A DNA stretch of 27,795 bases from Chlamydiales bacterium (GCA_047611865.1 JBLFWS010000027.1:1-27795), one strand, 5' to 3'; positions 1 to 9,454 are shown, counted from the stretch's first letter. A program made the numbers and translations. The notes: a model not told the origin generated them from the letters alone.

Positions 1-74
1 GTCTGGGTTCCTTGAAAATATTGCTTTATAAATTCTAATCTAACTTTTTCCACGCTTGTAGATCTCCATGTCAT
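1..74 (-). CDS. IS481-family transposase, N-terminal fragment (truncated by window edge; absent from ORF track)
   Basis: Minus strand reads RBS GAGGTG then ATG at 74: MTWRSTSVEKVRLEFIKQYFQGTQ. This resembles the MPW(K/R)xxSVxxxRxxFI start typical of IS481 transposases. Confidence 0.7.
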   Translation of the reverse strand, partial: MTWRSTSVEKVRLEFIKQYFQGTQ

Positions 75-195
75 AAGACACCTCATATTTGTTAAAGCAT
101 TGAGGTGAAAGAGTTTACACTATTTGTGACCTATGTGGTTAGTGAGTGTAACCTATGTACTTAGAGAGTTTGTTACCTATGTGCTTAGATCATAC
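1..195 (-). mobile_element. IS481-family insertion sequence, left end (element continues beyond window start)
   Basis: Three direct sub-terminal repeats TGTGACCTATGTGGTTAG / TGTAACCTATGTACTTAG / TGTTACCTATGTGCTTAG at 125-188, ending ...GATCATAC at 195. They sit just upstream of a minus-strand ORF start resembling IS481 transposase N-termini. Confidence 0.75.
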
Positions 196-282
196 CCTCC
201 GGGCTCTGTATTTTCTAATTACATAACCACGGGTTCCTCGCAGGCTCGTCACCCGAGGCTTTGATCGGACGCCCTCCGGGCT
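196..282. repeat. REP-like element family A: truncated copy 196-206 and full copy ~226-282
   Basis: CTCGCAGGCTCGTCACCCGAGGCTTTGATCGGACGCCCTCCGGGCT closely matches the reverse complement of 10220-10267. The core CCTCCGGGCT also occurs at 196-205. Confidence 0.75.
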
Positions 283-740
283 TTCGGATATATCACACCA
301 TTCTTTTACGAATGCTTTGCCTTAAAATGTAAAATCACTTAATTATTGGCAAATCAAAACATCTCTTTTCGGGAGTTTTTATTTTATATAAAACCCTCTA
401 TTGTAATAGCTTACGTGTTTAGCTTGATGCGTATGGGGCGTTTCCTTGGGCTGGCAGTATTTAAGACCTTCAGTCTTTATTTTATTGAAAAACACTCTTA
501 GAAAATAAGGTTTTAAGAGGATACGCTTGAGAAGTTTGTGTGTTACATGGGATATATAAGGCTAGCTTCAATTCATATTTCGACAGGTATCGTCAACCGG
601 CAAATCCGGGCTTTTCAGTATCAATGGAACATTGCTGCTGACTGCTTTGTGAGAGGGACGAAGTTCATCGAGCGTAGAAGAGAAAGGGAAAAAGGGCTTT
701 GATAAGTGCGCTTAAAGCCTCAGGCACTGCATAGGAGTCC

Positions 741-780
741 AGAGGGCTGGCCCTTTAGGTGGGGCTTGGGGCGAAGCCCC
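741..780. repeat. GC-rich double hairpin, REP-like
   Basis: AGGGC-TG-GCCCT and GGGGCTT-GGGGCG-AAGCCCC within otherwise AT-rich intergenic DNA. Confidence 0.4.
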
Positions 781-813
781 ATGAAAGGCGCAAAGAAACT
801 GAATCTTTGCGCC
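781..813 (-). terminator. Probable intrinsic terminator of the tyrosine catabolic operon
   Basis: Perfect 10-bp stem GGCGCAAAGA (787-796) / TCTTTGCGCC (804-813), 11 nt past the fahA stop. The T tail on the minus strand is short (TTTCAT). Confidence 0.6.
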
Positions 814-824
814 ATCTACAGGCT

Positions 825-2132
825 TTACGCCATTACCATCTCGGGCTTTAGTGCAGGGAGGATTTTCCCTGTGACTTCTCCGAAGCCAATACGGTAGTGC
901 TGCCCTTGAGCCCATCCCGTGATGGTGACACGGTCCCCGTCTTGTATAAACTTACGCGTTTCTCCGTTGGGGAAATTTATGGGCTCAGTTCCCTTCCAGG
1001 AAAGCTCGAGCATGCTGCCTCTACTTTCAGGGGCTTCTCCGCTGATGGTTCCCGATGCGAGAAGGTCTCCTGTCTGCATATTGCATCCTGTCACAGAATG
1101 GTGTGCCAGCTGCTGATGCATATTCCAGTAGAGGTATTTGTAGTTGCTGCTACAGATGCGGTGGGATTCGCTCATTTCTTCTCCCTGAAGGTGTACTTCC
1201 AGGTTTATATCGTAGAGGCAAGGTCCTTTACTGCGTAGATACGGCAGTGGTTCAGGGTCTTGCTTGGGTCCTTCACAGCGAAAAGGTTCCAGTGCTTCAA
1301 GAGTGATAATCCATGGGGAAATGGAGGTGGCGAAGTTTTTCCCCAGAAAGGGACCGAGTGGAACGTATTCCCATTTTTGTATATCGCGTGCACTCCAGTC
1401 ATTTAAAAGGACTAGTCCGAAGATATGTTCTTCAGATTTTTCTACAGGTATAGCCGTCCCGAGAGCATTTCCCTCTCCGATAAAGAATCCCATTTCCAGT
1501 TCAAAGTCCAAGAGACGTGTGGGGCCAAAAGAGGGGACAGAGGCATCGTCTGCTTTGCTTTGTCCTATGGGTCTTCTGATATCCTGACCGCTACTTACTA
1601 TTGAAGAAGACCTGCCGTGGTAGGCAACGGGGACGTGTATCCAGTTGGGCATCAGGGCATTTTCTTTTCCTCGGAACATGGTACCGACATTTGTGGCATG
1701 TTCTTTAGATGAATAAAAATCTGTGTAATCACCGATGTCAACAGGCATTTGCATTTCTACATCATCCATGGGTATGATGACTTCGTTGCGTAGGGATCTG
1801 TCGTCTCTTAATCGTCGCTCGTTAGCATTCAGCAGCTTACTGATGGCTTTACGTGCCTCTATCCGGGCTTTTTTTCCGAGTTTCATAAAGGGATTCAAGG
1901 TGTCTTGGCTGAATACTTGAGTTCCTGTTAGGAGAGGTGTGTTAAGCAGAGCTGAGTTTGCGAGCAGAGTCAGATCGACAACGTAATTTCCTATTGCAGT
2001 TCCGATATGTTTTTCTTTGCTGTCTTTTTTGCAAAAGACGCCGAAAGGGAGGTTTTGTATGGGAAAGTGAGAGTTTTCTTCAACGTCTATCCAAGACTTG
2101 AGCTGGGGGTTGTGTGTTTCGTCTGTTGTCAT
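825..2132 (-). CDS. fahA: Fumarylacetoacetase
   Basis: Motifs [60 protein letters not shown] and [11 protein letters not shown]. Start placed at ATG 2132, which overlaps the upstream stop (TGATG); an alternative ATG lies at 2141. Confidence 0.96.
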   Translation of the reverse strand: MTTDETHNPQLKSWIDVEENSHFPIQNLPFGVFCKKDSKEKHIGTAIGNYVVDLTLLANSALLNTPLLTGTQVFSQDTLNPFMKLGKKARIEARKAISKLLNANERRLRDDRSLRNEVIIPMDDVEMQMPVDIGDYTDFYSSKEHATNVGTMFRGKENALMPNWIHVPVAYHGRSSSIVSSGQDIRRPIGQSKADDASVPSFGPTRLLDFELEMGFFIGEGNALGTAIPVEKSEEHIFGLVLLNDWSARDIQKWEYVPLGPFLGKNFATSISPWIITLEALEPFRCEGPKQDPEPLPYLRSKGPCLYDINLEVHLQGEEMSESHRICSSNYKYLYWNMHQQLAHHSVTGCNMQTGDLLASGTISGEAPESRGSMLELSWKGTEPINFPNGETRKFIQDGDRVTITGWAQGQHYRIGFGEVTGKILPALKPEMVMA

Positions 2133-3079
2133 CAAATCCATCCTAGGGTTTTAAGGTCTTTAAGGGGTTCTGTGAAGGAGCAGCATCCAAAGGAGGGAAA
2201 AATTTGTTTTCGAATTTTTTCTATCTCCTGAGAGCTTGCGGAAAGGTTTTTCCATTTGAAACCTTCATCAAAGCTGAAGTTATCAGGGTTTTCATCGGCA
2301 ACGATTTCGGAGATGTCATCTTGAGTTAGGTCGTGTACCCATGCGAGGATACCCGCAGCGAAAACATTGACGAATCCGTGGTTTTTACACTTTAGCTTTG
2401 GGCAGTCGTGGCGAAATGGGTGGTGTAGACCAGCGGTAAATTTCATGGGAACACAATGCTCGCGACAGGCTGCGATGAAGCTTGCGACTTCTTCTACACT
2501 GGGGAAAGCTGACTGTTTGACGCCTCCGCAGCGGAGTTTTACTCCCGTGGGGAGGCCGCCAGCTCGGAATTCCTGCTCAGTGGCGTGAAATGCCTCAGCA
2601 ACTTGTGCGATTATTTCTCGCCAATTATCCTCTAAAGAGATTTCAAAAAATGGGGAAACGTGATTTTGAAGGAGTTCGACTATATCTACAGTAAGATGAG
2701 TGGTCGATGTTTGGGTACAAGGTAGTTTTGTTTCATACATTTTTACTATGGCTTTGCCTTCGATACGACCGTGGAAATCGATAATGGCATTGAGGTCGTC
2801 TCCCAATGTGGAAGAAAACGCGCTACCCTTTTTTATGGGGCTTCCTATAGCGGAGATAAGTAGAGGTGTTGGTCCACTGTACGTCTTCATATGGTATCCC
2901 AGATCATTCAGGGAACTCATTGGGCAGAGGAAGTGAGATAGCATTATACCTTCATCTGTTCTTAAGTAGGTTCCAAAGCTTCCGAGAGCATCTTTTAGCG
3001 CCAGTTTAGCTGGAGGGAACATTCCGGCAAAGTCTATGATACCTTTGAGGAAAGCTTTTGTACATTGTGTGGACTGCAT
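2132..3079 (-). CDS. Conserved hypothetical protein between hmgA and fahA (315 aa)
   Basis: Long ORF with RBS AGAAGGAG before ATG 3079 (the track's TTG start at 3100 overlaps hmgA). Motifs [32 protein letters not shown] and [10 protein letters not shown]. Confidence 0.9.
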   Translation of the reverse strand: MQSTQCTKAFLKGIIDFAGMFPPAKLALKDALGSFGTYLRTDEGIMLSHFLCPMSSLNDLGYHMKTYSGPTPLLISAIGSPIKKGSAFSSTLGDDLNAIIDFHGRIEGKAIVKMYETKLPCTQTSTTHLTVDIVELLQNHVSPFFEISLEDNWREIIAQVAEAFHATEQEFRAGGLPTGVKLRCGGVKQSAFPSVEEVASFIAACREHCVPMKFTAGLHHPFRHDCPKLKCKNHGFVNVFAAGILAWVHDLTQDDISEIVADENPDNFSFDEGFKWKNLSASSQEIEKIRKQIFPSFGCCSFTEPLKDLKTLGWI

Positions 3080-3092
3080 GGTAAAACTCCTT

Positions 3093-4247
3093 CTATTCAA
3101 GCCATGAGGTGGTGTAGTCAGGATCTTCTATCTTTAAGCCATTTTTTGTGACGTGCAGAGGGTAAAATGTGTCTACCATCACGGCTAGCTCGTCTGTATA
3201 TTTTTTTCCGATGGATTCCTCTGTCTTACCCGGGTGGGGGCCGTGTGTCAGACCATCTGGGTGGAGGGTGATGGATCCATATTCGACACCTTTACGAGAC
3301 ATGAAATTTTCTTTGGCATAGTAGATGACTTCGTCGGACATGACGTTTGCATGATGGTAGGGTGCTGGGATGGCATTTTTATCGAAGTCGTATGGGCGTG
3401 GACAGAAGGAGCAAATTACGAAGTTATGCCCCTGGAAGGTTAGGTGAACGGGAGGGGGTTCGTGGATACGTCCCACTATGGGCTCGAAGTCGTGGATGCT
3501 GAAGGTATAGGGGTAGTAATAGCCATCCCAACCGACTACGTCAAAAGGGTGGTGATTCAAGATTACTTCTGTGATGGAGTCCCTGTGCTTTATTCTGATA
3601 GGGGTATCTTCTTTTTTGTCGATGGTGGTGAGCCTTCCCGGGGTTTTGAAGTCCCTTTCCGAGTAGGGGCTGCGTTCGACAAGCTGTCCGTACTCGTTGC
3701 GGTAGTGGGGGGGAGTTTTTATTTCGCCGACGCCCTCAATAATAAAGAAACAGTTTTTTTCTTTTCCGAGGCGATATCGATGGAGGATGCCCCTTGGTAT
3801 CACAATGTAGTCGCCGTCCTTGTAGGGGGTTTCTCCGTATGCTGTTTCCAGCACGCCGCTACCGTGGCTGACGTATATGACTTCATCAGCCTGACTGTTA
3901 CGGAAGTAGAAGTCGTCTTCTTTGTCCGGGTAGGCCATGGAAAGGGTTACGTCGTTATTGAACATGACAGGAGTCCTGTCCATAGTGGGGCTTCCGCCGG
4001 TTTTTATTTGAGCCGATCTCAAGTGTCGCATGCGAACGGAAGGGTCGGGATCTTTTTCGAGAGTAGTAGTACTTAGAAGTTTTGTACTCTTTATTTGGGT
4101 AGGGCGGTGAATATGGTAGAGTAAAGAAGAAGGGCCGGAGAAGCCCTTATTTCCTTTGAGTTCTTCATAATATATTCCACCATCAGGCTTTTGTAAAATG
4201 GTGTGTCGTTTGGGTGGGATTTTGCCCAATGTGTGGTAACGATGCAT
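3093..4247 (-). CDS. hmgA: Homogentisate 1,2-dioxygenase
   Basis: Motifs GFSGPSSLLYH, HPFDVVGWDG, HEPPPVHLTF, FVICSFCPR, PAPYHHANVMSDEV, TLHPDGLTHGPHPG and ELAVMVDTF. TAATG coupling with hppD. Confidence 0.95.
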   Translation of the reverse strand: MHRYHTLGKIPPKRHTILQKPDGGIYYEELKGNKGFSGPSSLLYHIHRPTQIKSTKLLSTTTLEKDPDPSVRMRHLRSAQIKTGGSPTMDRTPVMFNNDVTLSMAYPDKEDDFYFRNSQADEVIYVSHGSGVLETAYGETPYKDGDYIVIPRGILHRYRLGKEKNCFFIIEGVGEIKTPPHYRNEYGQLVERSPYSERDFKTPGRLTTIDKKEDTPIRIKHRDSITEVILNHHPFDVVGWDGYYYPYTFSIHDFEPIVGRIHEPPPVHLTFQGHNFVICSFCPRPYDFDKNAIPAPYHHANVMSDEVIYYAKENFMSRKGVEYGSITLHPDGLTHGPHPGKTEESIGKKYTDELAVMVDTFYPLHVTKNGLKIEDPDYTTSWLE

Positions 4248-5380
4248 TAGAGAGTACCTCTTTCTTCCTGTATTCTTTCTATAGCCTCAAAGAGAGCTTT
4301 AAAGTTTCCTACACCGAAGCCTTGACAGCCTTTTCGTTGGATAATTTCAAAGAATACAGTAGGACGGTCTTCTACAGGTTTTGTGAAGAGTTGTAAGAGG
4401 TAGCCCTCATCATCGCGATCTACCAGGATGCCGAGCTTCCGTATGGTATCCATGCTTTCATCGATTTTTCCTATACGCTTTTCGAGATTGTCGTAGTAAG
4501 TGTGGGGAACTTCGAGGAATTCAATCCCATTCTCTCTCAGGTGAGTGATTGTTTTGATGATATCTTCTGTACGTAGGGCTATATGTTGAACGCCTGCGCC
4601 GTTGTAGAAATCCAGGTATTCTTCAATTTGGGATTTCTTCTTTGCTTGGGCAGGTTCATTGATGGGGAACTTGATACGTCCGCTGCCGTTTTGCATTACC
4701 TTTGACATAAGGGCGGTATATTCTGTGGATATGTCGTCATCTGTGAAGTGAGTGAGTTGGCTAAAGCCCAGGATTTTTTTGTAGAAGTTTACCCATTCAT
4801 CCATTTTTCCTTCTTCTACGTTTCCAACTACGTGGTCTATGAAGTATATACCGGTGTCTTTTCCCTGAATATTTTCTTCGCGATATGAGGGAAGGAAGGG
4901 GCCCTTATATTTGTCTGTCGAAATAAAGGAGTGGATGGTGTCTCCGTATGTTCGGATGGAGGCTTTTCTGATGCTTCCGTTATTATCTTTTATGTCTTGA
5001 GGTTGGGATACGGCTACGGCGCCTCTCTTAACGGCTGCATTGAAGCAGCTGTCTACGTCATCTACATGAAATGCAATGTCTTTGACGCCATCGCCGTGTG
5101 TTTGGATGTGGCTGCTCATTTCATGATTTTTGTCGTAAGGAGTGGAGAAGACGAGGGTTATTTCCCCTTGTCTAAGAACATAAGAAGCAAAGTCGCGATT
5201 TCCTGTTTCCAATCCGGAGTAAGCTTTTAGAGAAAAGCCGAAGGCTTGACGGTAGAAGAAAGAAGCTTGTTTTGCGTTGCCTACCCAGAACTCCAGGTGA
5301 TGGATTCCTTTTAGATCGATGGGATCTTTTTGGAATGTAGAACCTTCAGACTGAGCTGATTTTGTTTTCATGGCTTGCAT
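4247..5380 (-). CDS. hppD: 4-hydroxyphenylpyruvate dioxygenase
   Basis: Motifs HHLEFWVGNAKQA, HGDGVKDIAF, IDHVVGNV, GAGVQHIAL, GYLLQLFT and FFEIIQRKGCQGFGVGNFKALFEAIE. Confidence 0.97.
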   Translation of the reverse strand: MQAMKTKSAQSEGSTFQKDPIDLKGIHHLEFWVGNAKQASFFYRQAFGFSLKAYSGLETGNRDFASYVLRQGEITLVFSTPYDKNHEMSSHIQTHGDGVKDIAFHVDDVDSCFNAAVKRGAVAVSQPQDIKDNNGSIRKASIRTYGDTIHSFISTDKYKGPFLPSYREENIQGKDTGIYFIDHVVGNVEEGKMDEWVNFYKKILGFSQLTHFTDDDISTEYTALMSKVMQNGSGRIKFPINEPAQAKKKSQIEEYLDFYNGAGVQHIALRTEDIIKTITHLRENGIEFLEVPHTYYDNLEKRIGKIDESMDTIRKLGILVDRDDEGYLLQLFTKPVEDRPTVFFEIIQRKGCQGFGVGNFKALFEAIERIQEERGTL

Positions 5381-5463
5381 CCTTATATTTTTAATTTAAT
5401 TTTTTACTATAACTTAACATGTGGGAATTTTGCAAAATGATCTGCATTATTCTTAATGGAATT

Positions 5464-6870
5464 CTATAATAGACTCTTGGCCATAGACATCTGTTCCACA
5501 GCAGTACGCAGGTTTTCCAGGGTATTGGCGCAAGAGATACGGAGTGTGGCATCCTCTTTTTTTAATCCGAAGCCTGATCCCGGGACTGTGGCGACACCTG
5601 CGATGTGCAGCAGGAATGTGGAAATGTGGATATCATTTTCAAGGGTGGAGCTGCCGATCATTTCATGTAGATTGCTGTATTTTGTCCCTGTGCCATCATC
5701 ATTATCTACAACGAGTGTGTCGGGGATTTCTTTTCCCAGAAAAGCTTTTGCGTTAACTACTATATAAAACGCCCCTTCGGGTTTGTATAGGGGGGGGAGA
5801 CCCTCTTGTGTGAGCAGATTACTCATGTACTGAACGTTTTGTCTGTATTCATTTTGAATCATTCTTTCCCATTTATCGGAGTTGCCATTCATCTTTTCTT
5901 CTAGAGCTATGATAAGAGCGTGTTGCGTGAAGACATTGACACTGACGGTATCCCTTAGTTGCTCGTTGCTCATGTATTGGATGATGTTGTGGTGTTCTCC
6001 TCTTGGGGAAAGTAAGGCTGTGGGCGCAGACACCATACCCCCTCGAATTCCTGGAGCTCCTGCTAATTCTTTTGCCAGAGATCGAATGATGATGGAACGG
6101 TTTTTCAAGTCGGGGGCTACATTTATCAGCGATAGACAGGGACCATTGTGGACTATTTCGCGGTATACCTCGTCGTGTATGATGATAAGGTTGGGATACA
6201 TGCGTAGGACTTTGGCGACATCTTCCAGAGACTTTCTATTTTGTTTTGTTCCGAGAGGGTTGTTGGGGTCATTCCATATAAAGGCCTTTACTTTGGGGCG
6301 TTGAGAGAGAAAAAAGTCGATTGTCTCAGCGAATGAGGAATCAGGTGAAACCCGGATCTCTGCAAGAGTGCCTCCACAATCCTCTATCTGGTTGTAGTAA
6401 GCAGGAAAGCATGGAGAGATGCTTGCTACAACGTCAGAGTCTTCGATCAAGGTTTTGAGGGCGAGAACCATCCCGCCTGCTGCTCCGTTGCATACTATAA
6501 CTTCTTCGGGTGTGAAGGGATCTTGTGCTTTGACTTCTGGGTAGGTGTAGTTGTAGAAACGGCTAATAGCTTCTCTTGCCTCTGGGAGGCCACTGGAGTT
6601 GGAGTAACCCATTTCTTTTGTGATTTGTTCTCGGGGAAGGTCTTTTATTTCTTGTAGTTTTTCGATGAGCTTTTCGAGAATTGCAGTATTCATCGGGATA
6701 TGTGGTTGTCCTATTGTCAGATCTATCAAGGGATCAAGACCTAAGGTTTCTCTTTCCTTATTTATGACAGGGATTTGTCTGCAAATTACTCTGATAGGGT
6801 TGACGGCTTGCTTTGTGCGTTTTGCTGGAGAAACTGTGGGTTTGATTGTATCGGAGGTATAAACAGACAT
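5464..6870 (-). CDS. PLP-dependent aminotransferase class I/II; context suggests an aromatic (tyrosine) aminotransferase
   Basis: Motifs LTIGQP, GLPEAREAI, NDPNNPLG, HDEVYR, RSLAK (PLP lysine), PEGAFY, VATVPGSGFG and LRISCA. Lies 83 bp upstream of hppD on the same strand. Confidence 0.9.
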   Translation of the reverse strand: MSVYTSDTIKPTVSPAKRTKQAVNPIRVICRQIPVINKERETLGLDPLIDLTIGQPHIPMNTAILEKLIEKLQEIKDLPREQITKEMGYSNSSGLPEAREAISRFYNYTYPEVKAQDPFTPEEVIVCNGAAGGMVLALKTLIEDSDVVASISPCFPAYYNQIEDCGGTLAEIRVSPDSSFAETIDFFLSQRPKVKAFIWNDPNNPLGTKQNRKSLEDVAKVLRMYPNLIIIHDEVYREIVHNGPCLSLINVAPDLKNRSIIIRSLAKELAGAPGIRGGMVSAPTALLSPRGEHHNIIQYMSNEQLRDTVSVNVFTQHALIIALEEKMNGNSDKWERMIQNEYRQNVQYMSNLLTQEGLPPLYKPEGAFYIVVNAKAFLGKEIPDTLVVDNDDGTGTKYSNLHEMIGSSTLENDIHISTFLLHIAGVATVPGSGFGLKKEDATLRISCANTLENLRTAVEQMSMAKSLL

Positions 6871-7076
6871 CTAGAGCCTCATATTGTTAGTATTTTCAAG
6901 CTTGACAAAGCACTAGGGTTTACAGTCTCTTTTGGATTTTGGCAAGAGCTTGCAAGACAAAAAAATAGGAAAAAATATTTCGACACGTTAAAAGTCTCAG
7001 CCTTATGGCTGTTGAGAATAGCTTTAAATATTTTATTTTACGATATTTTACACAAAACTAAGTTAAAGGAAGCAAG

Positions 7077-9317
7077 ATGACCTCAATTACAGATGTGAAT
7101 GTGTCTATCCCTGTAAGTCCTGGCGATACAGCTCCTGTTGCTCAAAGAGAGCAGTCACGAGAAGGTTCTGAAGAAGCGAAAATTTCTCAGATTGCCACAG
7201 AAGTCTTGAATGAAGCCGTAACGGAAGTTATGGAAACTTTGGAAGCTAGCCGTCTTCTTGAAGCCGCGGAAGAGAAGAGCTTTGAACTGTCTGATATAGA
7301 CGAAGCCGATTTCGAGCCTTGTGCTTTAAACCTCAATCGTGAATTAGGCTACAATGAACAAGCAGGAAAAGGGGTTTACTGGACAACGGATCCATCTGTT
7401 TCTTTACCTATCCGTGTGGGTAGCACATACCCAGCGAACCTCAAGGCCCGTACTATTACTGAAGTTTTTAATACAACAGTGGGAAGTTTTCCTAATAAGG
7501 CTGCACACAAGTTTGAAGTGAATGGAGAATGGAGAATTGTTACGTGGTTACAGTATTCTGAGCATGTAAAACAATTTGCCAAGTCGTTGATTCATCTTGG
7601 AGTAGAGTCTCATAAAGGGGTGGCTATTCAAGGCTTTAACTCCCACGAATGGATGGTAGCAAATATCGGAGCCATTTTTGCTAATGCGATTCCTGCCGGG
7701 ATCTATGCTACGAATAACCCAGAGGCGTGCAAGCATGTTGCGGCTCACTGCAGCGCTCGTGTAATAGTTCTGGAAGACGAAGAGCAGCTAAAGAAATATG
7801 ATGGATTGCGCGACGACCTTAGTGCTGTAAAGTGCTTTGTGGTCTGGAATGCTACAGTGAATACCTGGAATGATCCAAAGGTTAAGACATGGAATGAGTT
7901 CATGAGGCTCGGAGAAAACGTTCCCGACGCAGCATTGAATGAAAGGATTGCAGCGCAGAATCCTGGCTCTTGTAGTTCTTTGATTTACACAAGTGGTACA
8001 ACAGGTTTGCCTAAGGCTGTGATGATGAGTCACGATAACCTCACATGGGTAACTAATGTGATTGGCGATCAGTTCAAAATGGGTCAGGATGACGAAATGG
8101 TTAGCTACCTGCCTCTAAGCCACGTGGCAGCACAGTTAGTCGATATGTATGGTCCGATTACTTACGGAAGTACAGTGTCTTTTGCTCAGCCTACAGCATT
8201 GAAGGGAACCCTGGTTAAGACATTACAAGCTGTTCGTCCTACATTGTTCTTAGGCGTTCCTCGTGTTTGGGAAAAGATCGAAGAGACAATGACAAATAAA
8301 GGTAAAGAAGTTGTAGAAGAGCTCCAGGGAAGTTGGTCTGGAAGAAATATTAAGCTTCCATTACTTCGCTGGTCCAAGAGGAAAGGTGTACAGACATCTA
8401 TTGCCCGCCAAAATGGTAGTCGTAAGCCAAGGGGCTGGAAGATCGCAAACAAGATCCTATTCAGTAAAGTTAAAGGAGCTCTTGGATTTGATAGAGTACG
8501 CCTCACCTTTGCAGGAGCAGCGCCGATTTCCGAGAAGACACAGAACTTCTTTGCAGAAAGAGACATCACCATTCTTGATATCTACGGAATGAGCGAAAGT
8601 GCTGGACCACAAACAATGTGTCGCCTAGGGGATTACAAAGTAGGCTCTTGCGGAAAGTCTTTCGATGGTTCAGAACTCATGTTTGATGGAGTTCATCAGC
8701 TGAAATTTCGGGGCCGTCATATCTTCATGGGCTACATGCACAACGAAGAATCAACAAGAGAGATGTTTGATGCTAACGGCTTCATAGCTTCTGGTGACCT
8801 TGGAAAGGTTGATGACAAAGGAAACGTCTTTATCACAGGAAGAAAGAAGGAATTGATCATCACAGCGGGTGGCGAGAATGTTGCTCCCGTTCTTATCGAG
8901 AATAACATAAAAGCTGCAATTTCTTTTGTATCGAATGCTGTTGTTGTAGGTGATAAGCAGAAGTTTCTTGGATGCCTCATCACATTACCTACAGACCTTA
9001 ATGAAGACGGAAGCCCTACAGTGAGCCTTACAGAAGCCGTTCGCAAAGAACTCCGTAAGGCTGGAAGTAATGCTATGACAACACTTGATGCTAAGGATGA
9101 CCCTGTTGTCAAGCTGCTTTTGAAAGACGGCATTAAAACAGCGAACCTGAAAGCTATTTCTAAAGCACAGAGAGTCAGTGAATTTGTGATATTGGAAAGG
9201 GACTTTTCTATTAACGATGATACCTTGACAAGCACAATGAAGCTTAAGCGTCCTGTTGTTCAGCGTCTTTATGCTAATGAAATTCAAGGCCTCTATGGTG
9301 ATCATTGGAGAGTGTAA
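7077..9317 (+). CDS. Long-chain fatty acyl-CoA synthetase, bubblegum (ACSBG)-like, with ~90-aa acidic N-terminal extension
   Basis: AMP-binding YTSGTTGLPK plus YLPLSHVAAQ, GVPRVWEK, YGMSE, SGDLG, GRKKELIITAGGENVAP and TMKLKR. RBS AAGGA. Confidence 0.92.
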   Translation: MTSITDVNVSIPVSPGDTAPVAQREQSREGSEEAKISQIATEVLNEAVTEVMETLEASRLLEAAEEKSFELSDIDEADFEPCALNLNRELGYNEQAGKGVYWTTDPSVSLPIRVGSTYPANLKARTITEVFNTTVGSFPNKAAHKFEVNGEWRIVTWLQYSEHVKQFAKSLIHLGVESHKGVAIQGFNSHEWMVANIGAIFANAIPAGIYATNNPEACKHVAAHCSARVIVLEDEEQLKKYDGLRDDLSAVKCFVVWNATVNTWNDPKVKTWNEFMRLGENVPDAALNERIAAQNPGSCSSLIYTSGTTGLPKAVMMSHDNLTWVTNVIGDQFKMGQDDEMVSYLPLSHVAAQLVDMYGPITYGSTVSFAQPTALKGTLVKTLQAVRPTLFLGVPRVWEKIEETMTNKGKEVVEELQGSWSGRNIKLPLLRWSKRKGVQTSIARQNGSRKPRGWKIANKILFSKVKGALGFDRVRLTFAGAAPISEKTQNFFAERDITILDIYGMSESAGPQTMCRLGDYKVGSCGKSFDGSELMFDGVHQLKFRGRHIFMGYMHNEESTREMFDANGFIASGDLGKVDDKGNVFITGRKKELIITAGGENVAPVLIENNIKAAISFVSNAVVVGDKQKFLGCLITLPTDLNEDGSPTVSLTEAVRKELRKAGSNAMTTLDAKDDPVVKLLLKDGIKTANLKAISKAQRVSEFVILERDFSINDDTLTSTMKLKRPVVQRLYANEIQGLYGDHWRV

Positions 9318-9318
9318 A

Positions 9319-9390
9319 TTTTAAAAAGTTTTGAGGGGCTTTGATACTTTTTAAAAGTTTTGAGAAGTTTTGAAAATCTTTGAGAAATTT
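9319..9390. repeat. Degenerate ~10-bp tandem repeat (about 7 units, consensus ~TTTTGAGAAG)
   Basis: TTTTAAAAAG TTTTGAGGGG CTTTGATACT TTTTAAAAG TTTTGAGAAG TTTTGAAAAT CTTTGAGAAA. Confidence 0.7.
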
Positions 9391-9406
9391 GCTTTAGAGT
9401 ATAAAG

Positions 9407-9443
9407 TGCGGATTCGGGAATTTCCCGTTTCCGCATTTTTTTT
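9407..9443 (+). terminator. Intrinsic terminator after the acyl-CoA synthetase
   Basis: TGCGGA..CGGGA / TCCCG..TCCGCA hairpin followed by 8 T. Confidence 0.75.
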
Positions 9444-9454
9444 GTGAGGATAAG

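Noticed and set aside
125..195. Three direct repeats as a CRISPR array or iterons
   Set aside because: The spacers are only a few nt, there are no cas or rep genes, and the position next to a transposase start fits IS ends.
300..740. Possible ncRNA, riboswitch or further degenerate REP in the long intergenic region
   Set aside because: No recognisable family motif or convincing structure by eye; an Rfam/Infernal scan would be needed.
706..915. Short ORFs 706-897 (+) and 712-915 (-)
   Set aside because: They overlap GC-rich hairpins and the fahA end, with no RBS or motif.
3444..4076. 210-aa plus-strand ORF
   Set aside because: Antisense shadow of hmgA.
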